Source: a virus
Direction: 5' to 3' (one strand)
Length of the DNA stretch: 64,000 nt
Virus record (IMG/VR): IMGVR_UViG_3300037193_001436
Span: 43,210-107,209 of that record
Under the pieces are notes generated by a model, which saw only the letters and a program-made list of their open reading frames with translations, had not been told where the DNA came from and made no database searches. Of this stretch, positions 46,677-55,590 are shown in pieces. A program made the translations under genes and the position numbers. The first letter of the stretch is position 1. Each line of letters starts with the position of its first letter.

Positions 46677-46704
46677 CGCATCAGCCCTTGGTCGTCAGGT
46701 GGAT

Positions 46705-47076
46705 CTAGTGGTAGACGACGCCCTTCTCGTCCAGGTGCTTGTAGATCCAGCGAGGTGCGCGGTACTGCTGACCCTCGACGAAGTCGAAGTGGTTGCCTGC
46801 GCCGATGGTCACCTGCTCCATCGTGGTGTTGACCCGGAAGTTGACCAGGTCGTCCTCGACGGTGATCGGAGAGACCTCAACGTCGCCGACGCTTTCGACC
46901 TCGGGTTCGGGCCTCGGTTCGGTCAGGTCGATGACCTCGTCCTTGCCCGCCTCGATGGACGCGGTCGCCATGGACATCTGGGCTGCCCGCTCCTCGATCT
47001 CCTTCGCGTGCTCGGCGGTGTTCTTCTCCTTGACCTTCCCGGTGAAGTCGCCGTGGCGAGCCTGGCTCCGAGGCAT
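46705..47076 (-). CDS. hypothetical protein downstream of the capsid gene
   Basis: AGGAG RBS; F..GQQYRAP...HL.EKG. Confidence 0.75.
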   Translation of the reverse strand: MPRSQARHGDFTGKVKEKNTAEHAKEIEERAAQMSMATASIEAGKDEVIDLTEPRPEPEVESVGDVEVSPITVEDDLVNFRVNTTMEQVTIGAGNHFDFVEGQQYRAPRWIYKHLDEKGVVYH

Positions 47077-47117
47077 CTGGATTCTCCTTGTCAGTCACGA
47101 AAAGTTGTCCAAGGCAA

Positions 47118-47153
47118 ACACAGGAGCGCCGGTGTGGAGCGACGCTCCTGTGT
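47118..47153 (-). terminator. hairpin after the major capsid gene
   Basis: ACACAGGAGCG/CGCTCCTGTGT 11-bp stem. Confidence 0.65.
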
Positions 47154-47173
47154 GCCCACGTACGCGCGAGGGG

Positions 47174-48169
47174 TCAGTTGGTCTCGGTGATCACGACGGA
47201 CTGGTCGGTGATGAGGCCCAGGCCCCAGATCGCGTACCAGGCCAGGGCGTGCTCGCGGCCGAAGTCGAGGATGCCGCCGTCGCGCAGCTCGACCGGCAGG
47301 GAGATCGCGTGGCCGAACGCGTTGTCGCCGATGGTCATGGCCTGGTAGACGTCGGCACCGCCGCCGCCAGCACCCGCGAGACGGTTCACCTGCGTGGTTT
47401 CGATGAACACCACGTCGTTCAGGCGGCCGATCTCACCGATCATGAAGTTGCCCGGAGCCGCGTACTTCGTGACCTCGATGAACTCGGGGTCGTCACGCAG
47501 CCGACGGCTCTGGTGCGGGTGGACGAACGACACGTAGGTCTCGCCGAGGCGCGGAACGTTCTTGGTCGCCAGGGTCTCTACGGTGTCCTTGACCAGCGCG
47601 GCGGTGTAGTCGAAGCCGCCGTTCAGGGCCGCGCGGTTCGCCGCAGCGGTGCCCCGGTCGTAGGGGGAGATCGACGTCATCGGCGAGACCGGCGCGGACA
47701 GCTTGTTGTAGCCGTACAGCACGCTCGTTGCCAGCAGCAACGTGTCCCGGCAGGAGACGTCGAGGTAGGTCGCCATGTTGCGGCCCAGGAGCCGCGAGGC
47801 CGACGCCATCACGTCGTCGAAGGAGGCGTTGAGCAACAGCTCGGACACGGCCACCGCGTACCCGTGCTCGACCACGGTGATCGAGAACTGGCTCGCGGTC
47901 AGCGCGTTGGTCTGCATGCGGACACCTTCGACGAGGGCCGAGGCCGCGCCGAGGTTGTTGTACCGCATGAAGTTGATCGTGAGTCCGGGCTGTACGCCCA
48001 GCTCCGTCTTCTTGACCGCGAACTGCTCGAACCGAAGGATCGGCATCGACTGGAACAGGATTTCCTTGCTCCAGATGGTCTGGACGGCCGGGGTGAGCAT
48101 CGAGTTCGCGCCCGCGTACGCGGTCGGCGACGCACTGAGTACCCCAGTACCCGTGATTGCGTTGGCCAT
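47174..48169 (-). CDS. major capsid protein (N4-gp56 family)
   Basis: LRFEQFA, L.EGV, HPHQ..LRDD, GEIGRL..V.FIET, DFGR. Confidence 0.92.
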   Translation of the reverse strand: MANAITGTGVLSASPTAYAGANSMLTPAVQTIWSKEILFQSMPILRFEQFAVKKTELGVQPGLTINFMRYNNLGAASALVEGVRMQTNALTASQFSITVVEHGYAVAVSELLLNASFDDVMASASRLLGRNMATYLDVSCRDTLLLATSVLYGYNKLSAPVSPMTSISPYDRGTAAANRAALNGGFDYTAALVKDTVETLATKNVPRLGETYVSFVHPHQSRRLRDDPEFIEVTKYAAPGNFMIGEIGRLNDVVFIETTQVNRLAGAGGGGADVYQAMTIGDNAFGHAISLPVELRDGGILDFGREHALAWYAIWGLGLITDQSVVITETN

Positions 48170-48237
48170 TGTGGCTTTCCCTTGTCTCCGGATCAGGTCA
48201 TGTCAATGACGGTCGTTGCCTCCGGCCCGGGGGTCTG

Positions 48238-49062
48238 TTAGCCGAACAGCCCTCTGCCTTGAGACCCGCCGATGCCCATCTGCTGACGGAACTTCGCGTA
48301 CTGCTCGAAGTTCATGTTCGCGATGTCCTCGGCGCTGTACTGCTTGCCGCCCGGGTTGTCGGTGTCCGGCCCCACTGCTGGGAACGACGCCGACGACACC
48401 CCCCGCTGGGAAGCACGGGCCTGCTGCGCGTACGACTGGATGGTCTGAACAAGCTGCTCGGACTTCTCCTTCATCCGCGTGATGCTGGCCTCAAGCTCCT
48501 CGGGAGTGTTGCCCGAGACGAGGTCGATCAACTCCGGCGCGATCTCGTCGCGCACCGCGTTCAGTCGCTCGGTCCGGAACTCCTGGAACGCGTGGTACTC
48601 ACGTTCCTTCGCCGCCAGGGCGCGCTCCTGCTCGCGTTCGGTGTTGAGGGTGTTGAAACGCTCCTCCCACGACTTGTTCGACTGCTCGAACTTCTTGTTC
48701 CACTCGGCTTCACGGGACTCCAGCAACTGCCGGGCGTCCATGTCCGCTTCCGCCTTCTTCTTGGCGGCTGCTTCCTCGGCTGCCCGTGCTTCCTGTGCCT
48801 TCTTCGCCCGTTCGGCCTCTGCGGTCTCGAACTCGGTCAGTCGCTGCTTGGTCTTCTCCAGCTCGCCGTAGACCTTGGCCTTCTCGTCCTCGCGGATCTT
48901 GTGGACCTCGGCTTCGGTGAACGTCCTCGGCTGCGGCTGTTCGGTCTTCTGCTGGCGCTCGGGAGTCGTTGCCGTCTCCTGTGTGCCCTGCTCGAAGCCG
49001 TCCTTCGCGACGTCAGACTGGGTGACCTGGCCGGTCTTGGTAGGTGCGTCTGCCATTGACAT
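48238..49062 (-). CDS. capsid scaffolding protein
   Basis: Charged coiled coil between portal and capsid; FTEAEV..IREDEK, I.NM..EQYAK.R. Confidence 0.8.
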   Translation of the reverse strand: MSMADAPTKTGQVTQSDVAKDGFEQGTQETATTPERQQKTEQPQPRTFTEAEVHKIREDEKAKVYGELEKTKQRLTEFETAEAERAKKAQEARAAEEAAAKKKAEADMDARQLLESREAEWNKKFEQSNKSWEERFNTLNTEREQERALAAKEREYHAFQEFRTERLNAVRDEIAPELIDLVSGNTPEELEASITRMKEKSEQLVQTIQSYAQQARASQRGVSSASFPAVGPDTDNPGGKQYSAEDIANMNFEQYAKFRQQMGIGGSQGRGLFG

Positions 49063-49108
49063 GACTCCTTGGTCAGGGGGTTGTCCGAGTAAGCCACGAG
49101 TTGGTGTT

Positions 49109-50815
49109 TCAGGACTGTGGTGAGGTCTGTCGGCTCGGGAGCTTGGTCCCGTAGGCCTTTGTCACCAGGTCCACCATCGACTGGTTCATCTCTTGTTCGG
49201 TCATCGCCGCGAAGTCCATCGGGGGTTTGACCATCGGCTCTGGTTGCTCAGAGCCACTGTCTTCATTATTGGACCCCCCTGGCGGAGGTTGTGAATTGCC
49301 GTCCGCCGGGAGCATTCCAGTTAGTGCAAAGATCGCCTGCTGGATCCGCGCGTTCACCAGGTCGAGGGCTCCCTGGTCCTTTGCGTCCTGCAGCAGCTCC
49401 TCGAAGATCTCCTGCATCTTCTCGTCGGGGAACTCCGCGCCCAGCTCGGCCAGCGCGCCGCGCTTGGACTCCAGGCCCATGCCCATCTTGACCTGCAGCT
49501 CTTGCAGCTTGATCAGGGCGTCGACTGGCAGCGGCGGCGGCCAGTGGATGATCGTCTCGAACGTGACCGGGTCGGCCGGGTCGAGGATCGGCGGCTGTCC
49601 CTCGTCGGTCATGATGCCGTCGGAGGACGGGTCGTAGGCCAGCGTCTCCGGCGTGAAGGTGAAGAGGGTTTTGAGGATCAGGTAGTTGATTTCCTTGAAG
49701 CCGATGGAGTAGGTCAACTTCTTCATCGCGTACCGCTGCATCATCGGCTGGTACATGATGCTCAGGGCAACGCCCGAGGTGTTACTGATCGGCTGCATCT
49801 GACCGAGCGCGGACTCCGGCACGCCGGTGATCTCGTGCATCCCACGCTTCAGCCGGTCCAGGTACTCCAGCGCGGCCGGGATCGCGGCGGTGCCACCTTC
49901 GAGGTTGAACACCTGCACGTCCTTGGCCGGGATCGCCCAGACCTTCTTGGCCCCCTTCTCCAGGTTGGAGGCCTTCGCGCCGGTGATGACGGTCACCGGG
50001 GACGCGTGGTAGTTGATGATGTCCGAGATGTCGGTGGCCTTCTCGTTGTACTCCCGGTTGAGCATGGTGATGTCGGCGATGTCTGCCGCACCCCACGGGG
50101 AGCCAGCGATCCGGATGTTCGGGATGTGCACGACGGGGATGATCCCGAGCGGATTCGGCCGCTGGTCCAACAACTCGTCGTTGATGTACTCCTCGATCCA
50201 CTCGTCAGTCAGGATCTCGGTGTAGGTGTAGACCTGCCGGGTGCCCTCCTGCGAGGTGCCCCAGAACTTGTACTTCAGCTTCAGCCGCAGCAGCCGGTCA
50301 GGGTCGTGCGGGTGCCACTCCGGGAAGACGTGCGCGGCCTTCAGGGGAAGGATCCTGACCCGGCCGGGGTGCACGGCCCCGATGGAGTCCTCCCACGGGG
50401 GTTCCCAGGCGACCTTGACGAAGCAGTCGCCGGACACGCCGCCCTCCTGGCCCATCTGCCAGAGGAGGACTTCCTTGTCGTTGTCGGTTTCCCAGACCCG
50501 CTTCAGCAGAGTGGGGACGATGTGGCTGGTCATCTCCGGCGACTTCATCTGCACTCCACGCCCGAACGTGAAGTTGTTGATGTAGTCGGCGAAGGCCTTC
50601 ACGTAGTTGAAGGTGAGCTGGCTCTCGCCCGCCTCGCGCCGGTACGCCCAGTGGTGGCCCAGATAGAAGGCCCAGTTCTGGGCGTACCGGTTCAGCCGGG
50701 GGCCATGGACCTCGAACTCCTCGTCGGCCAGCTCGACCAGGCCCAGTGGCGAGATCTGCATCGCCAGATCGGAACCGGCGGCTCGCATCGACGGGGACGC
50801 GAACGAAATGCTCAT
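49109..50815 (-). CDS. portal protein
   Basis: NPLGIIPVVHIPN, NTSGVAL; position and size. Confidence 0.9.
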   Translation of the reverse strand: MSISFASPSMRAAGSDLAMQISPLGLVELADEEFEVHGPRLNRYAQNWAFYLGHHWAYRREAGESQLTFNYVKAFADYINNFTFGRGVQMKSPEMTSHIVPTLLKRVWETDNDKEVLLWQMGQEGGVSGDCFVKVAWEPPWEDSIGAVHPGRVRILPLKAAHVFPEWHPHDPDRLLRLKLKYKFWGTSQEGTRQVYTYTEILTDEWIEEYINDELLDQRPNPLGIIPVVHIPNIRIAGSPWGAADIADITMLNREYNEKATDISDIINYHASPVTVITGAKASNLEKGAKKVWAIPAKDVQVFNLEGGTAAIPAALEYLDRLKRGMHEITGVPESALGQMQPISNTSGVALSIMYQPMMQRYAMKKLTYSIGFKEINYLILKTLFTFTPETLAYDPSSDGIMTDEGQPPILDPADPVTFETIIHWPPPLPVDALIKLQELQVKMGMGLESKRGALAELGAEFPDEKMQEIFEELLQDAKDQGALDLVNARIQQAIFALTGMLPADGNSQPPPGGSNNEDSGSEQPEPMVKPPMDFAAMTEQEMNQSMVDLVTKAYGTKLPSRQTSPQS

Positions 50816-50882
50816 GCGCCCCTCTCAACTCTTTGCTCGCGGCAACGTCCGGCGCGTCGGATTGGTCAGGATGCGTGGTGCC

Positions 50883-51239
50883 CTACGCGGCGATGAACTG
50901 CAACGTCACGTCGAGGTCGGCACCGGCCACCGTCGACCCGATCTGGTCGATCTCCAGGGTGAAGGTGTCCCCGGCGGCGAACTTGGTGACGTCGGGCCGC
51001 GCACTCACCGCAGACTCGGTCGTGCTGACCGCGATGCTCGGCCGGTTGGCCTGGGTGGTGAAGATCGTCGTGCCTTCCTTGTGCACGTCGATCAGCAGCG
51101 CCGCGCCGGTCGGGGCGGTGCCCACGACTGCGACCACGTTGACGATCTCGCCCGAGAAGGGGGCGATCCAGCGGTCCTTGATGCCGGTGGTGAGGGTGCC
51201 GGAGGCTTCCAGCTTCAGGACAGAGCGGACATCAGCCAT
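50883..51239 (-). CDS. virion decoration-like protein, paralog of 52715..53209
   Basis: VGTAPTGAA..DV.K.GTTIFTTQ..RP.I, IDQIGSTVAGADL. Confidence 0.75.
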   Translation of the reverse strand: MADVRSVLKLEASGTLTTGIKDRWIAPFSGEIVNVVAVVGTAPTGAALLIDVHKEGTTIFTTQANRPSIAVSTTESAVSARPDVTKFAAGDTFTLEIDQIGSTVAGADLDVTLQFIAA

Positions 51240-51259
51240 TGCAGTTCAGTTCCTCTTCG

Positions 51260-51550
51260 TCAGGGTGTCGTCTGGCGACGATCGTGGATCAGGCTGGCGG
51301 CTCGCGCAGCCTCGACTGGGTCCGGCGAGCCGGGGTTCCTCCGCGTCACCGGCACCAGGGAGGACTTCAGCACCATGCCGTGGAACTCGCCGGTGTCGGC
51401 GTTCTCGATGTACCGGAACGGGCCGGAGACACGGCCGACGCCGGACTGGTCCGACAGGACGACATGCGTGCCCGCAGGCGGTAGGTCGGCGCGAGGGCTC
51501 ATGGCGTCCATACCGGTCGGCTGGAAGGCATAGCGTCGCTTGTTGCCCAT
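51260..51550 (-). CDS. hypothetical protein
   Basis: GAGG RBS. Confidence 0.6.
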   Translation of the reverse strand: MGNKRRYAFQPTGMDAMSPRADLPPAGTHVVLSDQSGVGRVSGPFRYIENADTGEFHGMVLKSSLVPVTRRNPGSPDPVEAARAASLIHDRRQTTP

Positions 51551-51560
51551 GGCGACGACC

Positions 51561-51974
51561 TCAGTCCTGGACGCTGGCCGGGTTGATTCGCTGGTAGCGT
51601 CCGCCGGACCGGTTCACCTGCTCGTACTTCAGCTCCGCGTAGGAGTTGAAGGAGCCGTGCGCGTACTCACCCAGGAAGGTCGGGGCCTCCACCCAGGCAG
51701 CGGATCCGACGTGCGCCCGCTCTGCCATCGTCTCCTCGGGGAACTTCTCGTAGACGTTGGCGTTGTGGTTCGGGCGGCCTGGCGCGGTGATGTAGCCCTG
51801 CATGACGCCCTTGGTGAACTCGTTCGGGACGTCGGTGTCGGTGGCTACGCCCTCTTCGAACCGAAGCGGGCCGCGACGAGCCAGGTTCTGGCCGACCTTG
51901 GCCTCGTAGTTGTAGTCACCCTGCTCCGGGAAGCGGGGCGTCGGTGCGAGAGTCATCACTGCCTCATTTCGCAT
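51561..51974 (-). CDS. conserved phage hypothetical protein (probably structural)
   Basis: RGPLRFEEGVATDTDVP..ERAHVGSA.W; start may be 51956. Confidence 0.75.
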   Translation of the reverse strand: MRNEAVMTLAPTPRFPEQGDYNYEAKVGQNLARRGPLRFEEGVATDTDVPNEFTKGVMQGYITAPGRPNHNANVYEKFPEETMAERAHVGSAAWVEAPTFLGEYAHGSFNSYAELKYEQVNRSGGRYQRINPASVQD

Positions 51975-52052
51975 GGAACACGAGAAGATGCTTCAAGCAT
52001 AGAATTCCCGTGCACACAGCTTGGAATAGCAACTATTGCGGTAGTTGTTCGT

Positions 52053-52718
52053 TTAGCCGATTGGAATTCCCCAGCCCTGGAAGGCGGCCGTCGGCGTGGT
52101 GACCGGCGTGTTCATGTCGGCCGTGATCGCAGCCGCATCGAGCACCGTGTCGTAGACCCGAACGTCGTCGATCACTGCTGCGGTGGATGCGTTGTCGAAG
52201 ACGCGGATGTCCGTCGCGGTCGATACCGCAAAGGCCATCGAGACCGTCGATCCGACCTGGGTGCCATCGACGTACGCCTTCAGGGAGGTGCCGTCATGCG
52301 TCGCCGCATAGTGATGCCAGTTCGCGGCGTCGGCGGTGAGGTTCACCTCGAAGACCGCGTTGGAGGAGTTCTTGGCACGAAACCGGAAGGTGCCGTTCAG
52401 CATCAGCCAGCCGAAGACGCCGGTGTCTTCGGTGCTGCGGTAGTACTCCATGGTCCACGAGGGGTTCGCACCCGGCTGCTTGCCCCAGAACTCGACCGTC
52501 CGGGATGTGGTGTTCAGACCGGTGATCGGCGCGAGCTGGATGGCGGCCGACGACTGTGTGAGCCCCTTGGACGAGGACACCGTGCCGCCGTAGGTGTAGC
52601 CGGATCCGGCGGCCGTCCGGACCGTCCCGGCGGAGAGTGCGAAGTCGTGGCCGTTGCCCGAGCGGTCGAGAACGTTGCCGCTGGCCTCTTCGAAGTTCCA
52701 CGCGAGCAGCAGGCTCAT
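52053..52718 (-). CDS. LamG/concanavalin-A-like domain protein
   Basis: WNFEE.SG..DRSGNG, WHHYAAT.DG..YVDG, IDDVRVY. Confidence 0.88.
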   Translation of the reverse strand: MSLLLAWNFEEASGNVLDRSGNGHDFALSAGTVRTAAGSGYTYGGTVSSSKGLTQSSAAIQLAPITGLNTTSRTVEFWGKQPGANPSWTMEYYRSTEDTGVFGWLMLNGTFRFRAKNSSNAVFEVNLTADAANWHHYAATHDGTSLKAYVDGTQVGSTVSMAFAVSTATDIRVFDNASTAAVIDDVRVYDTVLDAAAITADMNTPVTTPTAAFQGWGIPIG

Positions 52719-53209
52719 GACGTTCTGCGGAGCCGGATCAGCACGGTCAGGTCCGCGCCCGCGACCGTGCTCCCGATCTGGTCGATGTCGACGCTGATGT
52801 AGTCGTTGGCGGCGAAGGTGGTGACGGCCGGATTGTTGCCGGTGGCACTGGTCGTCGAGACCGCGATGGTCGGTCGGGCCGACTGAGTCGTGAAGATCGT
52901 CGTGCCGTTCTTGTTCACGTCCACGATCACGGCCGCGCCGGTCGGGGCCGTGCCTACCGAGATGTAGCAGGTCTCGAACGTGTAGTTGCCGGACAGGTAG
53001 GCCTTGAAGGTGCCGGTGCGTACGGTGAGAGTCCCCCCAGCGGAGAACGGGTAGACCTCAACCGAGTAGGTGAGCAGCCGCTCGACTCCGCCGCTGTCCA
53101 GGTCGTACCAGCCGGTCGACTTGGGGTAGAGCAGCCGGAATCCGGACGCCGGAGTCGAGGGGGTCGACTGCTCCGGAGCCCGGATCCCGGTGCGCAGGAT
53201 GACCGGCAT
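52715..53209 (-). CDS. virion decoration-like protein
   Basis: C-terminal domain paralogous to 50883..51239; coupled. Confidence 0.75.
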   Translation of the reverse strand: MPVILRTGIRAPEQSTPSTPASGFRLLYPKSTGWYDLDSGGVERLLTYSVEVYPFSAGGTLTVRTGTFKAYLSGNYTFETCYISVGTAPTGAAVIVDVNKNGTTIFTTQSARPTIAVSTTSATGNNPAVTTFAANDYISVDIDQIGSTVAGADLTVLIRLRRTS

Positions 53210-53985
53210 TAGCCGTGCACCACGACCCGGTACTGTGCGGCCGTCGGGGCACTGCCCCAGTCGACGATCACGGTTCCGGACCCCTTCGAGACGTCGGGGT
53301 ATACCTGGTTGTTGCCCTCCCAGACCGACACGGTGACGTCGTTGGTGCCGAGGCCGTGGGTGAAAGTCTGCGGGTTGGTGGTGACCACGCAGTCGGCGGC
53401 GTACTTGCGCACGACCACGGCAGCGTCGACCGAGACGGAGTCGGCGGCCACGGACAGACCGTTGCCCGGGACAACGTCGAAGGTGCTGCCGGTCAGGGTC
53501 AGGCCGTTGCCCGCGACGTACGGCGAGCTGCCCGCGCCGACCTGGGCGAAGACGATGTTCGAGCTGCCGACGGTGGGGTTGTCGGTGGTCTGGGTCCAGA
53601 CGGTGTCGGCTCCTGCGGTTCCGCGCTGCACGGTGACGGTCGCGCCGTCCAGCTCGGCCGAGCTGTCGGCGTCCACGGCCCGGGTGGGTGCGCCGGAGGC
53701 GTTGACGGTGTAGATGCCGTTTTCGGTCTGGGTGGTCTGGTTCTTGATCAGGATCCGGTCGCCGGTGGACAGGCTGACACCGTCGATGGTCTGGCCGTTG
53801 GCGTAGGCCGACGCCAGGGTGCCGTTGGTGGTCGTGGCGACCTTGACTGCGGTCTTCCAGGACAGGCCCCGAACCGCAGCGTCCATCTGCTGCTTGGTGA
53901 CCAGGTCGGTGTTCGCCGAGGCGTCGGCGGCGTTGACGGCGCGCTGACCGTTGAGGTCCACGCCCTTGAGGAACTTCACAGCCAT
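53209..53985 (-). CDS. head decoration / fibre-like structural protein
   Basis: WK.AVKVATT..IDGV.L..GDRILIKNQ...NGIY; AGNGL repeats; THGLG. Confidence 0.8.
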   Translation of the reverse strand: MAVKFLKGVDLNGQRAVNAADASANTDLVTKQQMDAAVRGLSWKTAVKVATTTNGTLASAYANGQTIDGVSLSTGDRILIKNQTTQTENGIYTVNASGAPTRAVDADSSAELDGATVTVQRGTAGADTVWTQTTDNPTVGSSNIVFAQVGAGSSPYVAGNGLTLTGSTFDVVPGNGLSVAADSVSVDAAVVVRKYAADCVVTTNPQTFTHGLGTNDVTVSVWEGNNQVYPDVSKGSGTVIVDWGSAPTAAQYRVVVHG

Positions 53986-54000
53986 GAGCGCTGCCTCCGA

Positions 54001-54246
54001 TCAGATGATGTGCGCTTCGCCGGTGGTCGGCGAGGGGAAGGTGATGACGACTTGGGTGGCGTCGATCTGGGTGTCGGTGAAGACCTCTTCGCCGCCGATG
54101 AGGATCTGGACGTTGTGTGGCACCCGGCCAAGGCCGTGGGTGATGGTCCAGGTGGCTGCCGGGGTCGACTGAGTGTGCACGTAGGCCGCGCCGCTTCCGG
54201 CCTGGCCGGGCGGGCCCTTGAGTGATCCGCTGAGAGTCCAGGCCAC
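54001..54246 (-). CDS. small structural protein
   Basis: HTQSTPAATWTITHGLG. Confidence 0.75.
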   Translation of the reverse strand: MAWTLSGSLKGPPGQAGSGAAYVHTQSTPAATWTITHGLGRVPHNVQILIGGEEVFTDTQIDATQVVITFPSPTTGEAHII

Positions 54247-54250
54247 AAGA

Positions 54251-54787
54251 TCACTCCAGGGTGTAGAGGTCGCCGGTCAGGATGTCGAGGTAGGTGTCGC
54301 CGAGCACTGCCCCCTCGATGATGTCGGGCGGCGGGCCCTCGCCGGTGAACAGCTCCCCCGCGTTCTCCGGGTTGAGTTCCGGGGTGTCCGGCGTGACCTT
54401 CTCCAGCTCCGTCAGATCGGCCTCAGCGGTGTTTCTGGGCAGGATGACGTCGTAGGCCTGCCGTGATGCCCCGACGGCCTCTCGGACGCTCCAGATGACG
54501 TCCTGCGGTACGGCGTACACGACGGCGTCGACCAGCCGTCCGTCGCGGACCTCGGCGCGCATCGGCGGGAGCAGGACCTGGGTGTCGGCGATGAGGATGC
54601 GTGGGATGCTCGGCCGGAGGGTGACGGTGCCGTAGTAGCCCTTCCCGCTGGCCGACAGGTAGGTGCCGGTGATGACGCACCGGGTCACGCCCATGGGCAG
54701 CTCGGGGACGTTCAGCGGCGGGTTGGTGTAGACCGGGTGCTGGATGGTCCAGCCCGGTGAGTTCCACGCGTCGAAGCCGGTCGTCAC
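54251..54787 (-). CDS. hypothetical structural protein
   Basis: G.GPP...GDTYLD..TGDLY C-terminus. Confidence 0.7.
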   Translation of the reverse strand: MTTGFDAWNSPGWTIQHPVYTNPPLNVPELPMGVTRCVITGTYLSASGKGYYGTVTLRPSIPRILIADTQVLLPPMRAEVRDGRLVDAVVYAVPQDVIWSVREAVGASRQAYDVILPRNTAEADLTELEKVTPDTPELNPENAGELFTGEGPPPDIIEGAVLGDTYLDILTGDLYTLE

Positions 54788-55536
54788 TGCCCGAGCCCTT
54801 GCAGGAAGTGCCGCTTCCGTGCGTCGGCCGTTGCCCTGCGCAACTCGGTCGGCGTGCTGCGGGCGGTGGTGAACTGGCGGGACTGCATGTGGGCCGGAAG
54901 GATGCCGATCTTCTGGTCGACAAAGTCGCCGGTGGCGTGCAGGCCCGCGTTCTGGCCGCGCGTCTCGGTGGCAAGGGCCTGGCGAGCGAGGGGGCTGAAC
55001 ATCGAGGCGTGCTTCTGGTAGGCGGCCTCCTCGCCGTGGATGTCGACGCCCCGGCCGCTGCCGAGGTGGCCGTAGAGGTCGTGGACGGCGCGGAACATGT
55101 CGTTCTCGTCGTTGGAGAAGACCGCGTGCCCGCCGGTGGCGCGGGTCGACAGCACCTTGAGCCGGTTGTTCGCCTCGACGTCGCGCTTGGCGTTGCGGAT
55201 GATGCCGTAGACGCCGTCCTCCTGGTACGGGTCCTCGTCGGTGACCTCGACGTGGAGCCCGAGCCCGCCGCGCGACGCGGGCTTGGTCATGTGCTCGAAC
55301 TGCTGGCCGACCTCGTGCCGCATCGCGTGGAAGGCCGGGAGGGCCTTCGGGTCGAAGTCGGGCAGCTTGTCGTAGGCGCGGGCGATCTGGCGGGAGGCGG
55401 TTCGGGGCATGACGATGCCGCTGTAGTCAGTACTTCGCGGCCGAGCGATGCCGTGCTCAGTGCGGTACTGCGCGGCACTGTGCTGGATCTCGGACATCCG
55501 GCCCATACCCGACAGGAATTCGATGCGACGCGCCAT
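54784..55536 (-). CDS. hypothetical protein with HDxxGH metal-binding-like motif
   Basis: NDMFRAVHDLYGH..GEEAA..H..MFS..LATETRGQN. Confidence 0.75.
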   Translation of the reverse strand: MARRIEFLSGMGRMSEIQHSAAQYRTEHGIARPRSTDYSGIVMPRTASRQIARAYDKLPDFDPKALPAFHAMRHEVGQQFEHMTKPASRGGLGLHVEVTDEDPYQEDGVYGIIRNAKRDVEANNRLKVLSTRATGGHAVFSNDENDMFRAVHDLYGHLGSGRGVDIHGEEAAYQKHASMFSPLARQALATETRGQNAGLHATGDFVDQKIGILPAHMQSRQFTTARSTPTELRRATADARKRHFLQGLGQ

Positions 55537-55590
55537 ACATCAATCGTCGAGTGCCGGAACTGCGAAATGTGAACCGCGATGGCCGGTTTA

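Noticed and set aside
19673-50896. Long plus-strand ORFs (e.g. 19673-21319, 28965-30686, 38932-40971, 49502-50896)
   Set aside because: Antisense shadows of well-supported minus-strand genes, expected at high GC; no motifs or RBS
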